From assembly GCF_009914755.1 (NCBI RefSeq), contig NC_060929.1: DNA of 64,000 bases; one strand, given 5' to 3'. The notes below the pieces were generated by a model. That model did not search any database and was not told where the DNA came from. It worked only from the letters and a program-made list of their open reading frames with translations. The position numbers and the translations under genes are program-made. This DNA comes from the human T2T-CHM13v2.0 reference genome, Homo sapiens. This document shows, in pieces, positions 26,811 to 42,276 of this stretch (position 1 is the first letter of the stretch; every line of letters starts with the position of its first letter).

Positions 26811-27171
26811 AGTGAGGACAGAAGAAGGTAGGCACTAGAACTTGACCCAGAAGCCTGTGACACACACACACCCCACATCCTTCTCCAGCCCCCCATTATC
26901 TGTCTCCTAGGAACAAGGACACCACTACATTCATTCCAGAAAAGACCCCTTTTGTCTGCCAGCCATCCTCAGAGCCGAAAAGCAAACCTTTGCTGCTGAG
27001 AGCTGCTGATAGAAGAGCAGGAAGCACAGTTAAAGGGGAACAGGCTCCCAACTCTGGGGCAGCAGATCTTTTGGGCTTCATGTCATAGTATTGTAAAGAC
27101 AATTGCCAAAGTCAGACAAGATCAGTTGTGTGATCTTGGCAATTCACTTTGTTTCTCTGAGCCTCAGTTTA

Positions 27172-27529
<358 letters not shown>

Positions 27530-28312
27530 TTAATGCAAAGACAAAATTAGTGTGGGAAAACCCTTTGCTCAGAGAAATGATGGCCACAAAGTCATATTAC
27601 TCCCCCCTTACTCTGTAAAATCTCCTTTGCTAGAGGAAGAGTTAAAAGTCCAAGTGGGAAGCACAGTCCCAGGCGGAGGCAGGGAAGGCTATCCTGGCTC
27701 TGAGTCGGGCTCTGTCTACCTGGATTTTGTGCCTCCACGTTCCCTTTCATCACTCTCCAACAGGGAGATGTCTGTCTCCCCTCAGTGTGATAGTAATATA
27801 ATGGGGCCTCCTGGTGCTCCTCAGAATTACGTGCTCTGGGCAGGAAAAAGGTGCAATTCTCCTGCAGAATGTACACAGCAAAGACTGGAAACGAGAAAAC
27901 TGTCTTCCCCAGGGTGGCTTCCTAACAAATATAATGAGAAGGCGCTTCCTCTCTTCCTTTCAGTCACATGGGGAGGTCAACAGAGAGCAATGACTGTCCT
28001 GAGGCTATTTATTTATTTTTTGCCTGATAATAATTATAATAATCACTTGCATTTATTGAGTTGTCTGTGTCAGGCACCGGGCTAGGCACTTCACTGCATG
28101 AGTTATCGCAAGCAATCTTTCCAAAGGGATTAGGAAGCAGGAGTTATTTTACAGATGAGGAAACTCATGCATAGAGAGGTTGAGTGTGACGCTCATGTTA
28201 GCCTAACATGAGGATCCAAGAGCTTATCCATTTACTCAGACTTTTTGATTATTTTTTGTGCAATTTCACAGACTTTTGGTGATGCATAAAATTTTTTTAG
28301 AGTACTAGTTTG

Positions 28313-28655
<343 letters not shown>

Positions 28656-28828
28656 TTAAGTCAGTAAATTGTGACAAATGGAAAAATGCAAGAAAAAAAA
28701 GGAAGCTGGACATAAAGCTAGAATGGAAAATGCATGAGCTCTTGCTGGGGTGGGTCCTAATTTGGCTTTTAGCTTCCTAGCAGCCCTTGCAAAGAAGAAA
28801 ACAACATCTGTTAGGTAAATCTCTATAG

Positions 28829-28990
28829 CAGTGGTTCCCAAGACATGGTCTCCTGACCAGCAGTATCAGCACTACCTGGGAACCTGTTAGATTGTCCCTC
28901 TCCACCCTCGAATCTGGGAGTCAGGCCCAGGCATCTGGTTTAACGAGCCCCCTAGGTGATGATGATACATGCTGAGGAGTACGAACCACT
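28829..28990. mobile_element. MER5A-like hAT-Charlie element
   Basis: cagtggttc...gaaccact termini; ccagcagtatcagcactacctgggaacctgttaga. Confidence 0.8.
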
Positions 28991-29279
28991 TATGTTAGAA
29001 TAAATACACACCAGCTTCTAACATTGATATCGCAGAGAAATTTCTGCATGACACAGTGAGCTATTATATTGACCAAATCCCCATTATAAACACCATCATG
29101 TACTTAATAGGCCTTTTTCTTAACTTCCTACTTAGCATACACTCATGAAACCTTCTCAAGGCACAGCTTAATGAAATTAGTTCCAGAGGCACCAAGCTAT
29201 GTCACCCAGACACACAGCATGATGGGCTGGTTTCATGCTCATGCACACTTCTGAGTAGTGAAAGCCTGGAGAATATCCC

Positions 29280-29865
29280 AGCATTGCTGTTAGAAGCCAG
29301 GACTCTGGAGCCAGGCTGACCCAAATTTGAATCTTAGGTGCACCTTTCATTAACTGAGTGACCTTGGCCAATTCCCTTAATTCCCTCCCTCTGCCTCAGT
29401 TTCTTCATGTATAAGAGGAAAATGACTATTTTATGTATTCCATGGAGTTGCTGTAAAAATCCAATGGGCTAACAGACCGTATGCTTAGTATGGTGCTTAG
29501 TATGCTAATGAGTCCTTATAAATGTTCCCACGATTATGAACTGCTAGAGTGTGTTTCCTGTAGGTAAACCTCCAAACCATCAAACCTATGTCCATGTCTC
29601 CTGCCACCATCTGTCCTGGATGATTATTGTTCAGATGCATATTCCAAACTTACTGAGTACCTAGTATGTGCGGGGTTCTTTCACTTATATCATTTGCCTT
29701 TAAACAGCTCTGCACTGTAGTTATTATTACCCATTTTCTGCATCAGGAAACTGAGTTCCCCCCAAAATGAACTGACTTTTCAAAAGTCACACAGGTATTA
29801 AGTGCCAAAGCCAGGATTTGATTCCAGGCCTTCTGGCTTGACAGTGGCACTCAAATTCATCAAGT
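29280..29865. mobile_element. Two MIRs (+ at 29280-29530, - at 29645-29865)
   Basis: gtgaccttggccaa...ctgcctcagtttcttcat; gaaactgagttc...aaagtcacacag. Confidence 0.75.
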
Positions 29866-32094
29866 GTTTCTTGAGGATCTTGCAGATATTTTCTCATATT
29901 GCAATTCTAGTCTCTGATTTTTTAGCCCCAGCTGGGCAGGAAGGAAGCAGGTGCATCAGTTTTTAGAACTAGAGCAGGACAGATGCTTAGAATGTATCTG
30001 GTTCAAGCCCCTAGTTTATAGCTGTGAGAGTCCAGGCTACAAGAGGGACTTGGCTTGCCCTGGACCCAAAGAGCTAAGCAGAACAAATACTCACATTTGG
30101 TGCTGCTCATTTCTCTCCCCTGGGCCCCACAGCATCTTCGAAAGGTGAGGTCAATTCCCATGAAAAGTACCACACTACGAAGTGCAGCCAAGGTCCAGAG
30201 GGGTATGGCAGAGAGCTTAGGGTTAATTGATTAGAGCAGGAAAAGGTCAGAAGATGTGGAATCATCCACATAGCCCTTGCAAGGAGGTATCACATACATC
30301 CACTCAGGGTCGAAGACACAGACAGCATGTGTCTCTCTAGCCTTCCCTCTCTCCTGGAGTCCATAGCCTTGGCTGCCTGCCAGGAACCCGGCACACCCAC
30401 CTCCCAACACCTCCCAAGCCCACTCCACCTTCCTCAAAGGGTAACCTCTTCCTGACCTAATCGTTTTCAGAGGAAAGAGCAGGAACTTTGGAGTCAGGCC
30501 TGGTTTCCTAATCATCATATTGGTCAAAGCAAGTCACACAGCCAAGCCCACAGGCAGTGGGGCTGGGAAGGACAGAGAGAGAAGGGAGAATCGCTACTGA
30601 ATGACAGTCTACCACACCTATTGTGCAAAGTGCTGGAAGGGAGGATTTGTTCATTCATTCTGTTAATATATATTAACTGAACACGAGCCAGGCACTGGCC
30701 TAGGTGCTGAATATGCAGCAGTGAATGAAATAGACAGAAGTACTTTTCCTCCTGGAGTTCATGTTCAAGTGAATAATGGCCCCACACCTCGATTAATCCA
30801 CAAACACTTAACTGTCTACCCTGTCAGGTTTCCATATGTGCCAGACACATCATGTCCACAAGAGATTCTCTGCAACCAGCGAGCTCATGGCCCACGGGGA
30901 AACCAGACAGACAGACACCCAATGACAACATTGAAGGCTTGCACGCACGAGGGGCCAGAAAACACCCCACATGGAGTGGGTCCCACTCTAGGCCACTCTC
31001 CCATCCCTTCCCTTTTCCAAATTTCCTCCCTAGCCACATGCCTTGGTTTCCAGGGCCAGCCAGCTGTGCAAAATGCCTAGCAAGCTCTCAGCAGGCCCCT
31101 GCTGGGCACAGCACAGAGAAATTAAGTGCAATTAGCGTAACTAAGCCATCACCAGTAAGAGGCACTTGCTCTCCTGGCGGCTCCCTTTCGGAGACTAATG
31201 GGGATGACTAGAGAGGAGGATCCAGAGCCTATGGCTGAAACCTCATCAACAGCTTGGGAGAGTGACAGCCAGCCAGTCTTCTGCCCGCAGGCTGAAGAGG
31301 CAGTGCTTCCCAGGGTGAGCCAGAGGTCAGGAATCAGAAGGCCTCCCCAGAGCTCGCTCCCATTTTCCTGAGTCTAGGAAGATGGAGTAAATTGGTTTAA
31401 TGGAGTGGAGTCCCGTTGTCATGGTGGCAGGAGGAGAACAGACGGATCGCCCTGCTCCAGCCTGACAATGTGAGGCTGGGCTTTTAGCAAATGTGGCCGG
31501 CTGTAATTCAGAGAACTCAATTTGACCCATGCTGTATCTTCTTTCAGATAATGGCCGTGTGTCCTGCCCTTCCCCCAAGTGGGGCAGGCTAGAAACCTCT
31601 AGTGGACTCCTCACCCCCTCCCAAGACCCAGTCAATCTATAGGGCCCGCTGGTTCCTTCCCCCAGGTCTCTCCTCTCTCCCTGGATTGTGGCAATAGCCT
31701 CCTGAAGGTTCCTCTGCGCCCCAGGGCTAAGTCCTGGTCCCATCCGCTCTTCACATACACACACCCAGCATAGCACATTTTTCTAGAACTCACACCTGAA
31801 CGTGCCTCTCCTCTGTTGAAGACATCCCCAGAAGCTGATCCCTTTGTTCCCAATGCCCTTCCACCCTGTCTCCACCTGGCATATGCCTGTGTTTCCCTGA
31901 AATTCCAGCTTAAATCTCTCTCCATGTTTGGCCTTCTCTGCCTCTTGCTGGATTCCTCATCTCGCCTCCCACCGGTTTTGCATGGATCCCTGCCACTACC
32001 TGTGTGTGTCCATCGCTCCATCCATTGAGCCTGTGAGGGGAAAGCCTATTTAATTCATTGTCACATCCCTTCCCTGGAGACAGAGTAAAATAGC

Positions 32095-32310
32095 TAATAA
32101 TTAGACAAAACATTAATTGAGTGCTTATTTTATGTCAAGTGTGATTTGAGGACTTTATATGCACTAATTTATTTAGCTTCCCAAAACTCCATTAATAGGT
32201 ACTATTAATGCCCCCTACTTGAAAGATTAAGCAACAGAGGCATGAAAATAATAAAGTGATATGTCCAAAACTACACAGCTAATAAGTGAGAGAGCCAAGA
32301 TTTGAACCTG
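32095..32310 (-). mobile_element. MIR
   Basis: acacagctaataagtgagagagccaagatttgaacc. Confidence 0.7.
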
Positions 32311-33687
32311 AAGGAGATGGGAGGGAGAGAAATAGTTGGGGAGACCACAGGGAAAGGAGGAAGAAGAGAAGGGAAGAAAAGGAGGCGGGGAGGGCCGGGA
32401 GCTGGAAATGTACCTTTGTATTTTAAGTCATTGAGATTTGGGGGTTGTTACTGTCACAGATCCTAGCCTGTTCTTACTAATAAAATAAATAACTAAATTT
32501 ATAAAGAAGTGTCAGAAAAAAAGGTCATATTAGACCACGAAGGATGACAAAGAGCTTCTTAAAAAGGGAACTCAAGGCCCAAACATGGGTATTGTTGTGT
32601 CATGTGAATCCTTCACAGGGGCCACTTGGTGTCTGTGTGGCTGGCTCTTTGTGGCCCTGGAGAGGGAACAAGCATGAATGCATCAGTGGCTTCCAGCCTG
32701 AACAGAATAAGTTCAACAAGAGATGGCCCCAGCTCCGGTGTCTACTGGGGAGGTGATGAAGTGAAGTGTTCAATTCCTGCATAGCCACCAACAAGTCCCT
32801 GGAAACACAATTGTTGAGGATGTGTCCCTCGGGGAGGCATGGTTCATCTGGCTGTGTCACAAAGCAGATGGGAACAGCTGGCGAGGAAGGACTGCCTGTC
32901 CTGGGAATTGCCCTAATCATCTTCCTAAATATTGCCGCAGCCAGGAGGAAAGCCTGATTCCCTGCAGATGGGGCCATTGACAGGATGCTACTGGTCCGGG
33001 TTGGGAGAAAAGGAATGCTGTAAACACAGTCAGCCCATTCGGCAGGCAGTGGAAGCTGTCTGAGGCTTCAGGGCCCCCTCCTCACTAGGGGCTATAATTC
33101 ATGCAGTTTCTTATCTGCCAGATGGCCAGGAGGACACATGCATTCCAGTGGTGCCATCTTCTAAGTGTTGGCAGCTTGCCAGTGATCTCAACTTCATTTT
33201 CATCATTGCCTTTTGAGACTTTTTGTTCTTAATCACCCCAACCAACCATGAAATTTTAATACCAGAAATATATTCTCTGTTTACATACTTTATGCAAAAT
33301 CTGTTTTTTAAACGTAAAAAGGGGATTTTTTCACACGTGCATTCCCACAAGAACCAATTCTCTCCCCCGTTGAGAATGCCTGTTGTACACTAAACCTTCA
33401 GATAACCATTTTCTGCAATCAGCCCTATCAGATTTGGAGGGAGAGAAGCAACTCACCAGGAAACAAATGCTCTTTGCATTGTTTTGTCTCTTCCCAGAAG
33501 CCTCCCATCCACCTTCAGCTGGAGTTGAGCTTTCTAACATCACTGCATTCCTGCACATCCACATTACCATCTTTATGTATTTGATTCCTCCTTGAGGGCA
33601 AGGCCTGTTTCTCTGTTGTTTACACCCCCTCTCAGTGCGTGCTGTAAGGTAGGAGCTTCACAGATGGTTAAAGCAAAACAGAACATG

Positions 33688-33993
<306 letters not shown>

Positions 33994-34419
33994 AAAACAG
34001 AACATGAAAGCCACTTTCCCACAGCCTGGGCACGTAGCTACTGTGGTGAATCACCTTTCCTGGCAGAGCACACTCAGGAACCGTCAGCTCCAAAAGCACC
34101 AAACAGTTTCATTAAGACCGTGGCTCCTTCGCAGAAGCACACGGAACGCAGACTGACAAGCCTGTGATAACATTTTAATGGCCTGAGTTCAGTTCCCAAT
34201 AAAATACTTAAGTTTCTGCAATCATGGAGCTGGCATTTTCATTAATACTCCTGATTAATTGTCTGTCCTAGGAAAAGGCTCATCACCGTCACAATCCCGA
34301 TCTTGCTAGTTCCTTGCAGGGAGAATCCCAGCAGCCTGGGCTTTTCCACCAGGTTAAAGCTGGCAAAGGGCAAGGAAGACTCCCTGGCACCTGGTACCCT
34401 CCACTTGCCATGGTAACAG

Positions 34420-35870
34420 AGGATTACAGGCTCTAAGCCCAGCTGCTGTCCTTACATTCAGACCTCACCACTCATACACTGGGACCTGGAACTACTTAAA
34501 TTGCCTCAGTTTCTTTATGTGTCAAATGGCGTTTGACACATAAAGTACTAATACTAATAGTACTTACATAATAAGGTTGTTGTAAGGATTAATTGAGTTG
34601 GTACAAGTAATGTCCTGGCACGCATCTGGCACATAGTGAGTGCTTCCTATAATAAACAGTAGCTGGGTTTGTTGTTGTTTTACTATTATTTTTCCTCCAG
34701 AAAGGCGAGAGTTGCATCAGCCTTGGAAGAGGCAGGACTGAGATGTTTGGGAACAAGACCACTTTCACAGGGGGCAGCCTTTTGAGAAATGTCATGTCTA
34801 CTTGATAGGGCTTTAAATATGGAGTAGTGGGAATCTGCACATTTGGATTCAAATCCTGGCTTTTCCAATGGCTGATGATGGAACCCTTATAGGCTCAAAT
34901 CACTCACTTCTCTGAGCCTCCCAAAAAATTGAGAATAACAGTTTTTATTCCATAGGGTAGTTTTGAGAATTGGTAAGATGATCATAAATGTAGAAGGGCC
35001 TGGTACTCATAACTGTTTTCTTCATTTATTTATTTAGTCAACAATGTTTTCTGAGCACCTACCCTGGGCCAGGCACTGAGGTGGGCCTTGGGATTCATCA
35101 GGGATCAAAGGGAAAAGGCATCCCATCTCCGTGGAGCTTCACATCATCGTAGTTAAGGTGGATAATGACTGTCTCGACAGATAGGACAGTGGCCAGGACA
35201 CAGGCCTTCAGTCTGGAGCATGCTTCTCATTTTGAAATAATTTCTTGTTCAGAGTCAGGTTGGAAGGAAGGCCTTGCAGGGGCTGGGTAAGGATGGCGGC
35301 ATCTCTGCGTTCACGTCTGTGTGCTCACCATGAGAGCCCACCTCTCTCTGGCCCAAGTTTCCTTCTGTAATGTGAAAGAGGTGGGGTTCCATGCTCTCCT
35401 CTTCAGCATCCTCCTTAGATACTCAATCTGGCACTCATCAGTTTCGGACCCTCCATGCTGCCCCAAAGGAAGCCACACTGCACCTTCATCCAGTTTCTTA
35501 AACCTGCATGTTCTCTCTTGCCTCTAGACCTTCGCCCAGGCTATTCCATCTGCCTGGAACATGCTTCCATACACCTGCCTTCACTTGGCTAACTCCTACT
35601 TCTGCCTTGTGCCACTGCTTGGATTGAATGTCCTCTGGAATTCAGCCTTCCTGGATGTCCCTGAGCTGGGCTAGGGTCCCCTCTGCCCACCTCTGCTCTT
35701 TGATTTTCCCTGTTCATCACCCCAGTTATGACACTGAGTTGTAACTGGGATTTCTAATCTGTCGCCTCCACCAAGCAGCACACTCTTTCTGGCCAGGGTC
35801 CATGTCTTATTTGTCTTGGTATCTCTAGGGCCCAGAATCTGGTACCTAGTGAATGTGTAACAAATATTTT
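34420..35870. mobile_element. MIR, MIR, L2(-) and L2(+) relic cluster
   Basis: gcctcagtttctttatgtgtcaaatgg; ctgagcacctaccctgggccaggcactg; gctattccatctgcctggaac...ggctaactcctact. Confidence 0.65.
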
Positions 35871-36314
35871 CTCTGAGCTAAAATAGGAACACAGGGTCCC
35901 TGCAATGAAGACCCCAGGTCTGGAGGGGAAGACAAGGTAGCATTACAAGATAACAGGCCTTCCCTGCAAAGCGTCAGCACTCAGACTGGGGCATTGTGGA
36001 CAAGAAGGGTGGAGAGGAGAGAAGGCATGAAGGCATCCCAGATAGGGACACAGCAGAAACAAAGACAAAAAGGCCGGATAAGCAAGATCTCTTTGAGCCG
36101 GCAGGTTAAGATGGGTAGTGGAAAGCTGGACCACTGTCAGGTTTTGACCCCTCCAGACAATGCACCGTGATCTTCTGGCTTCCATATGTCCCTGGCTGCT
36201 GCTGCCTGCTGCCCACTGAGGGACCTCACCCTCCAGACTCTAAGTGATCTTAAGCCACCAGCCTTACAAATTACAGCAGACAGAGGGGGTCCAGGCCCTT
36301 CTAGAGATAGTGTT

Positions 36315-36530
36315 CACAGCACTTTCCCAAAGCTGGTTCTGCTCAATTCCCTAAAAGATCTCCTGCAATGGGGCCTCCAGGGTCCTAAAAGCACCATCTG
36401 CTCTTAAAGAGTCTCACTGCTCATTAGCATATCAAAGGCTCTGAAATGTCCTGCAGGAAAAAACTCTGGGCTAACTTTTGTAGCCCTGTTCCCCAAACTA
36501 AATTGAATGAAGGATTCTTTTTTTATGACC
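36315..36530. mobile_element. hAT-Charlie-type DNA transposon relic (subfamily uncertain)
   Basis: cattagcatatcaaaggctctgaaatgtcctgcag...ttccccaaact resembles old Charlie/MER relics from memory. Confidence 0.5.
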
Positions 36531-37150
36531 CACCTACAGTTCTGCAGAGATCCTCCAGGGAATGCAGATCTAACCCATTCTCTGTGCAGTGAATGGCAGA
36601 GAAAATTAAAGTGATTGCATCTATTGCACACTTACTTTTCCTTCGAGGTAGGTGAGAGAGTAAATAAGATGCAGGAGAGAATTACGACCGGAGATATAAA
36701 ACAGTTGTCTTACAGGGAATAGTCTGTTTGCCCAGGGAGGAGGTTTTCAGAATACAAAGTACCATTTCTTCTCCACGACATCCCCAGGGGAGAAAGGAAA
36801 GTGAAAGAAGCCCTCCAACCGACCACTGGAGATGGGAGCATTTCTGCTGGTTTCATTTACATAAGTGTCCTTGGCAATTTGTCCCAATTTGTCTCATTAT
36901 AAATGATGTAAACATCCGGGCGTAATCACAGACAAAATGGGATGGTTTAAATGCTGCCTGATTAAAAACCCTGGGTTGGCTGCAATGACTTGCAGGCATG
37001 CTAACGGCTTCCCTGCAAGGGACTTTGGTTTCAAAGTTCTGAGAGCTCAGGAGGGTCCCTAGGTCTAGTTGCAAAGTCATGTCCCCCATGACTCTGCAAC
37101 TCTCCACATAGAGCCTAGCAAGAATGCATCATCTTCTCTATATCTCTTAT

Positions 37151-37337
37151 AAGGAGGGAAGGAAGAAAGGGAGGGAAGGAGGGAGGGGGAGAGGGAGGGA
37201 GAAAGGAAAGAAGAAAAGAAAGGAAAGAAGGAAGGAAGGAAGGGAGGGAGGGAGGAAAGGAGGAAGGAAGGAAGGGAGGGAGGGAGGGAGGAAAGGAGGG
37301 AGGAGGGAGGGAGGGAGGGAGGGAGGGAGGGAGGGAG
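37151..37337 (+). repeat. 187-nt pure-purine (GGAA/GGGA)n tract
   Basis: No pyrimidine between 37151 and 37337. Confidence 0.97.
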
Positions 37338-38949
37338 CTAACTGACATTTTCCCCTTTGCCATCTGATTGGCATGAAGGGCAATGTAACTGAGGAGTCTG
37401 GGGACCAAAGTGAATCCTAGTAATGTCACTCACTTAATATGTGTGATTTTTTAGACCAATCACATCATTTGGCCAAGCCTCAGTTTCCTAGTCTGTCAAA
37501 TGGGAATGATGATTTGACATCTGGTGTGTCTCTCACTACTGTTGAGACATTATATAATGAGAGCATAGCCCTTTATAAAGACAGGGTTTCTGTCCTCTTT
37601 CTTACTTCATTCTTTCCTTCTCTTCTTTCCTTCTAATAGAAGGTATAGAGAAGACAGCACATTCCTACTGAGCTCTATATGGAGAGCTGCAGTCATGGGG
37701 GACACTGTCTAGATCTGGGGACCCTCCCAAGCTCTCAGAGCTTTGGAAGGAAGGTCCCTGCAGGGAAACTGTGTGTGTTTCTTCAACAGTGTATCCTCAG
37801 TGCCTAGCACATGGTAAGTGTTCCATAAACAGCTGTTGAAGAGACGGATGGATAACTGAATGAATGGATGCTTCCATGGGCAATGACACACTAATCTGAA
37901 AAGCCCTGTATCAATGAAAGAATCACTTAATAGTTTAACTTTTCCCTCATCCTTCAGAACACAGATGGCATGCCATCTTCCCTTCAAATCTCTTCCCAGT
38001 GCCCCACACAGAAGAGGCACACTTGGACACTGGTGTCTGATGGACCCAAGTTCACAGCCTGTCTCTGGTCATCAGGTATCATGACCTTGGGCAAGAAGCT
38101 TAACTCTCTGAGCCTCAGTTTCCCCTTCTGTCCCCCAGGGAAAATGAGTCCTGCCCCTCCTAAGGGAGGTATGAGATGTAAGACCCCGAAGGACACAAAG
38201 GTTTGCCAGGAGCCTTCAGGTAGGAGGCAGGTAAGGAGGTCTGCTAGATTGGAATGAGTTTCTGGAAGGCCCCAAGGAGCTCAAAATCAGACCTGGGGTG
38301 AAGGTGTCTTGACCAAAATGAGACCCATCAAAGAAGCCTGGATGAAGGTGCCCACAGCATCCATCAGTGCCAAAAACAGAAACACTTTAGCCCAGGATAC
38401 AAGGAACATTTTAAAGCAACAGAGATAAGAGATAGTTAGAACTCAGGCCTCCTGGCTCTTGCTGTTCTTGGCCCATAATTAGTTGTTATGGGACCTTAAT
38501 AAACTTCTTGCCTTCTTGGTACCTTTGCCAAACAATCTGATGAGGAGAATATTGAGTCATGGTGCCAGGGAAAATTAGCATATTCTGCAAATTCCTGGCA
38601 CTGTTAACACTGGATTCTGTCCACCTTTAGAAATCCTCAGATCACTATGTCAGCATCCCCCAATCACAGCTCTCCAACTTCAAGGAGGGATGAGGGGTCT
38701 GAAGAAGGAGAGAGAGGCAACAGAGCCAGAAACCCTTCAGAAGATGCCAAGAGCAAGGTTTGGACCCATAGTCCACCACTTACTAACTTCAAGAGTGTTA
38801 TGAGCTACAAACTTCTCAGTCTCCGTTGACTCATCTCAAAAATGGAAGTAAAATTATTTACCATGCAATATGTTGTCAAAATGCATTGGGTTTAGTTCAT
38901 AGCAGGTGCTCAAAGAATATCAGTTCCACTTCCCTTGTCCCTAGAGAGC

Positions 38950-39465
38950 CTTGTAGTGGATGTTGATGTGTCTTCCAACACATGCACCAACCTTTCCCTG
39001 TCCTGTAGCAGTTGAGATGGAATCATCCCACTCCCAGCTCCAGGAATAGGCTCTGATGGGCTTGAACCCAGCAGCTTAATTCCATTGGTTCTCTAGGCCT
39101 TCATCATTAGTACAGGAAAGGCACTTGACCTAAATTAGTTCGATAAGATTTAAGCTCAGAAATCTGGTTTGTTGGATGGAGAAAGAGATGCTTTCTTTCT
39201 CTCTGGAAGGAGTTTATTGCAAAAGTAAGGGCTGGGGCTGCTACAGCCATTGTGCTACCATGAGGGAACTAGCCATGATAACAAAACTTGCCTGGGGAGG
39301 GGCTACGCATCACAGAAAATGATGCCAAAGTCCTGCTCAAACTGTGCCTGATGCCTGCCTGATCTATGGACTTCTTAGTTCCATGTAATGGATTCTCTCT
39401 ATTTTTAAAGCCATATCAGGTTGAATTTTTGGAGAAATAAAACAAAAAGCATCTTGACTAATTTA
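38950..39465 (+). mobile_element. Old MLT1 (K-like) LTR
   Basis: ggggctgctacagccattgtgctaccatgaggg...ttttaaagcca...aaagcatcttgactaat. Confidence 0.6.
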
Positions 39466-40268
39466 AAAAATCTTCTTTGGGTATTCAACCCTCCTAAACT
39501 CACCCCCAAATCCACTGGGAGCATGTCAAGATTTTTGTGAGCCGATTTAGGAGATGCAAATTCATTTGCCTTAATTGGATCTCCAGGAAATGACTTCTGC
39601 CCCCTCTTAAATCATTTAAAGCTCAAAGAGGCATGAGGGCCCTCCCCAAGGATGCAGGTATCCTCTTGACTGACAGCCTGTATGCTCTGCTTCCAGGATC
39701 CTTCCATCTCCTCCCTTTACTGAGGGAGTCTGCTATGTGTTAGAGGTGTCCATCACTGGTCACACTGGGAAGCTGTGGCAGGGAAGCTGGAGAAAAAGCA
39801 AGATAGGCCCCAGAAAGAACACCAACTCCAGACTCAGGGAGACTCAGGCCAGAATCCTAGCTCAACTTCTTCCAAGCTCCCAAAGTCACACTCTTTTCTC
39901 TGAGCCTCGATTTTCCCATCTGCAAAATGGGGATACTAAGGGTCACCTAGCTGGGCTGCCCTGGAGATTCCAAGACATTAGGCATAGAAACAGTCTGGCC
40001 TAGACCCTGTAGGCCAGTAGGCATTTGATCAATGGCAGCTGTGGTTGAGATTTTTATCATCATTATGGCTGCCCTTCCTGCTTTCCAGGGCTAGTGTAGA
40101 TCTAAGATTATAGGGGCTGCAACGTTCCTCAGTGGAGCAGATGCAGCAAGGTAGTAAGAGAGGGCATTCTCACTTGTCCCCACAGAGTGTGGTGTGGGGG
40201 AGATCTGTGAGCACCCCAGCAGCCATGAGGGTCAGCACTTGAATCTCTGCAGGTCAGTCATACTCCTC

Positions 40269-40572
40269 TTTATTATTTTTATTTTTATTTATGTATTGAT
40301 TTATTGCTCTGTCACCCAGGCTGGAGTGCACTGGCACCATCATAGCTCACTGCAGCCTTAAACTCCTGGGCTCAAGTGACTCCCACTTCAGCCTCCCAAG
40401 TAGCTAGAGCCACAGGCACATGCCACCACGCCTAGCTAATTTTTCAATTTTTTGTAGAGACAGGGTCTCACTGTGTTGCCCAGGCTGGTTTCAAATTCCT
40501 AGGCTTGAGTGATCCTCCCGCCTTGGACTCCCAAAGTGCTGGGATTACAACTGTGAGCCACTGCACCTGGCC
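40269..40572 (-). mobile_element. AluJ
   Basis: catagctcactgcagccttaaactcctgggctcaag; gtgttgcccaggctgg. Confidence 0.93.
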
Positions 40573-41030
40573 TTATTCCCTTCTTTTTATCAGTTTTCAA
40601 AGCCATCAGTATGCAGAGCACTAGGCCCAGAAATGAGAGGAGAAGAGAGATGGAACGACGAAGACCAAAACCTCTGTCCTCAAGCTGCTCATAAGCCAGT
40701 ATAGAGACGTGTGGAGTCTGCTGTCCTGAGTTCCAGTCCCAGTTCCCCTTGCAAGCAGCCGTGTGACTTGCAGCAAGTCATTGAATCCCTTTGAGCCTCA
40801 CTTTCCTTGTCTAGAAAACAACAAAACTGGAAATAATACTGCTTCCCTTCCAGTTTGTCAAGGATGAAGGTGCTTTGCACGGTCCCTGGAGCAAAATGTG
40901 TTCTCAATCAAGATTCCGTCTGTGGTGGGTGGAGCCGCGTCCTTCCCAAATTCATATTCACTCAGAACCTTCAAATGTGACCTTTTTCAGAAATAGCATC
41001 TTTGCAAGTTTAATTCAGTTATGGGTCTCA

Positions 41031-41455
<425 letters not shown>

Positions 41456-41624
41456 TTAGTGGGATGCAGCGCGAGGCTAAGGAGTGTCTGGGGCCACCAG
41501 AAGCCAGGGAAGCCTAGGAAGGGTTTTCCTAGAGCCTTTGGAGGGAGCACAGCCCTGCTGACACCCTGACTTCAGACTCCCAGCCTCCAGAGCTGGGAAG
41601 GGATAAGTAGCTGTTGCTTTAAAC

Positions 41625-41972
41625 CAGTGGTCCCCAACCCTTTTGGCACCAGAAACCGGTTTTGGTTCAGTGGAAGACAATTTTTCCACGGACAGGGTGT
41701 GTGGGGTGGGAGATGGTTTCAGGATGAAACTGTTCCGCCTCTGATCATCAGGCATTAGCATTAGTTAGATTCTCATAAGGAGTGAGCAACCTAGATCCTT
41801 CGCATGCGCAGTTCGCAATAGGGTTCATGCTCCTATGAGAACCTAATGCGGCGGCTGATCTGACAGGAGCGGAGCTCAGGCGGTAATGCTTGCTCGCCAG
41901 CTCACCTGCTGTGCAGCCGGGGTCCTAACAGGCCACAGACCCATCCGTGGCCCAGGGGATTGGCGACCCCTG
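41625..41972. mobile_element. MER1B-like hAT-Charlie element, full length
   Basis: TIRs cagtggtccccaa / ttggcgacccctg; internal tagattctcataaggag...aacctagatcc; 8-bp flanks ctttaaac / tcttaaac. Confidence 0.88.
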
Positions 41973-41976
41973 TCTT

Positions 41977-42276
41977 TTTTTTTTTCTTTTTTTTGAGATG
42001 GAGTTTCGCTCTTGTTGCCCAGGCTGGAGTGCAATGGCACGATCTCGACTCTTCAACCTCCGCCTCCTGGGTTCAAGCCATTCTCCTCCCTCAGCCTCCC
42101 AAGTAGCTGGGATTACAGGCACCCGCCACCATACCTGGCTAATTTTTGTATTTTTAGTAGAGATGGGGTTTCTCCATGTTGGTCAGGCTGGTCTTGAACT
42201 CCCGACCTCAAGTGATCCGCCCACCTCAGCCTCCCAAAGTGCTGGGATTACAGGCGTGAGCCACCACGACCTGCCC
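41977..42276 (-). mobile_element. AluSp-like
   Basis: gctcttgttgccc, tttctccatgttggtcagg, ctcccgacctc; TSD gg(c/g)gacccctgtctt. Confidence 0.92.

Noticed and set aside
37115-37429. Pro/Ser- and Gly/Arg/Glu-rich ORFs (also near 43400 and 52400)
   Set aside because: Products of low-complexity purine or G tracts.
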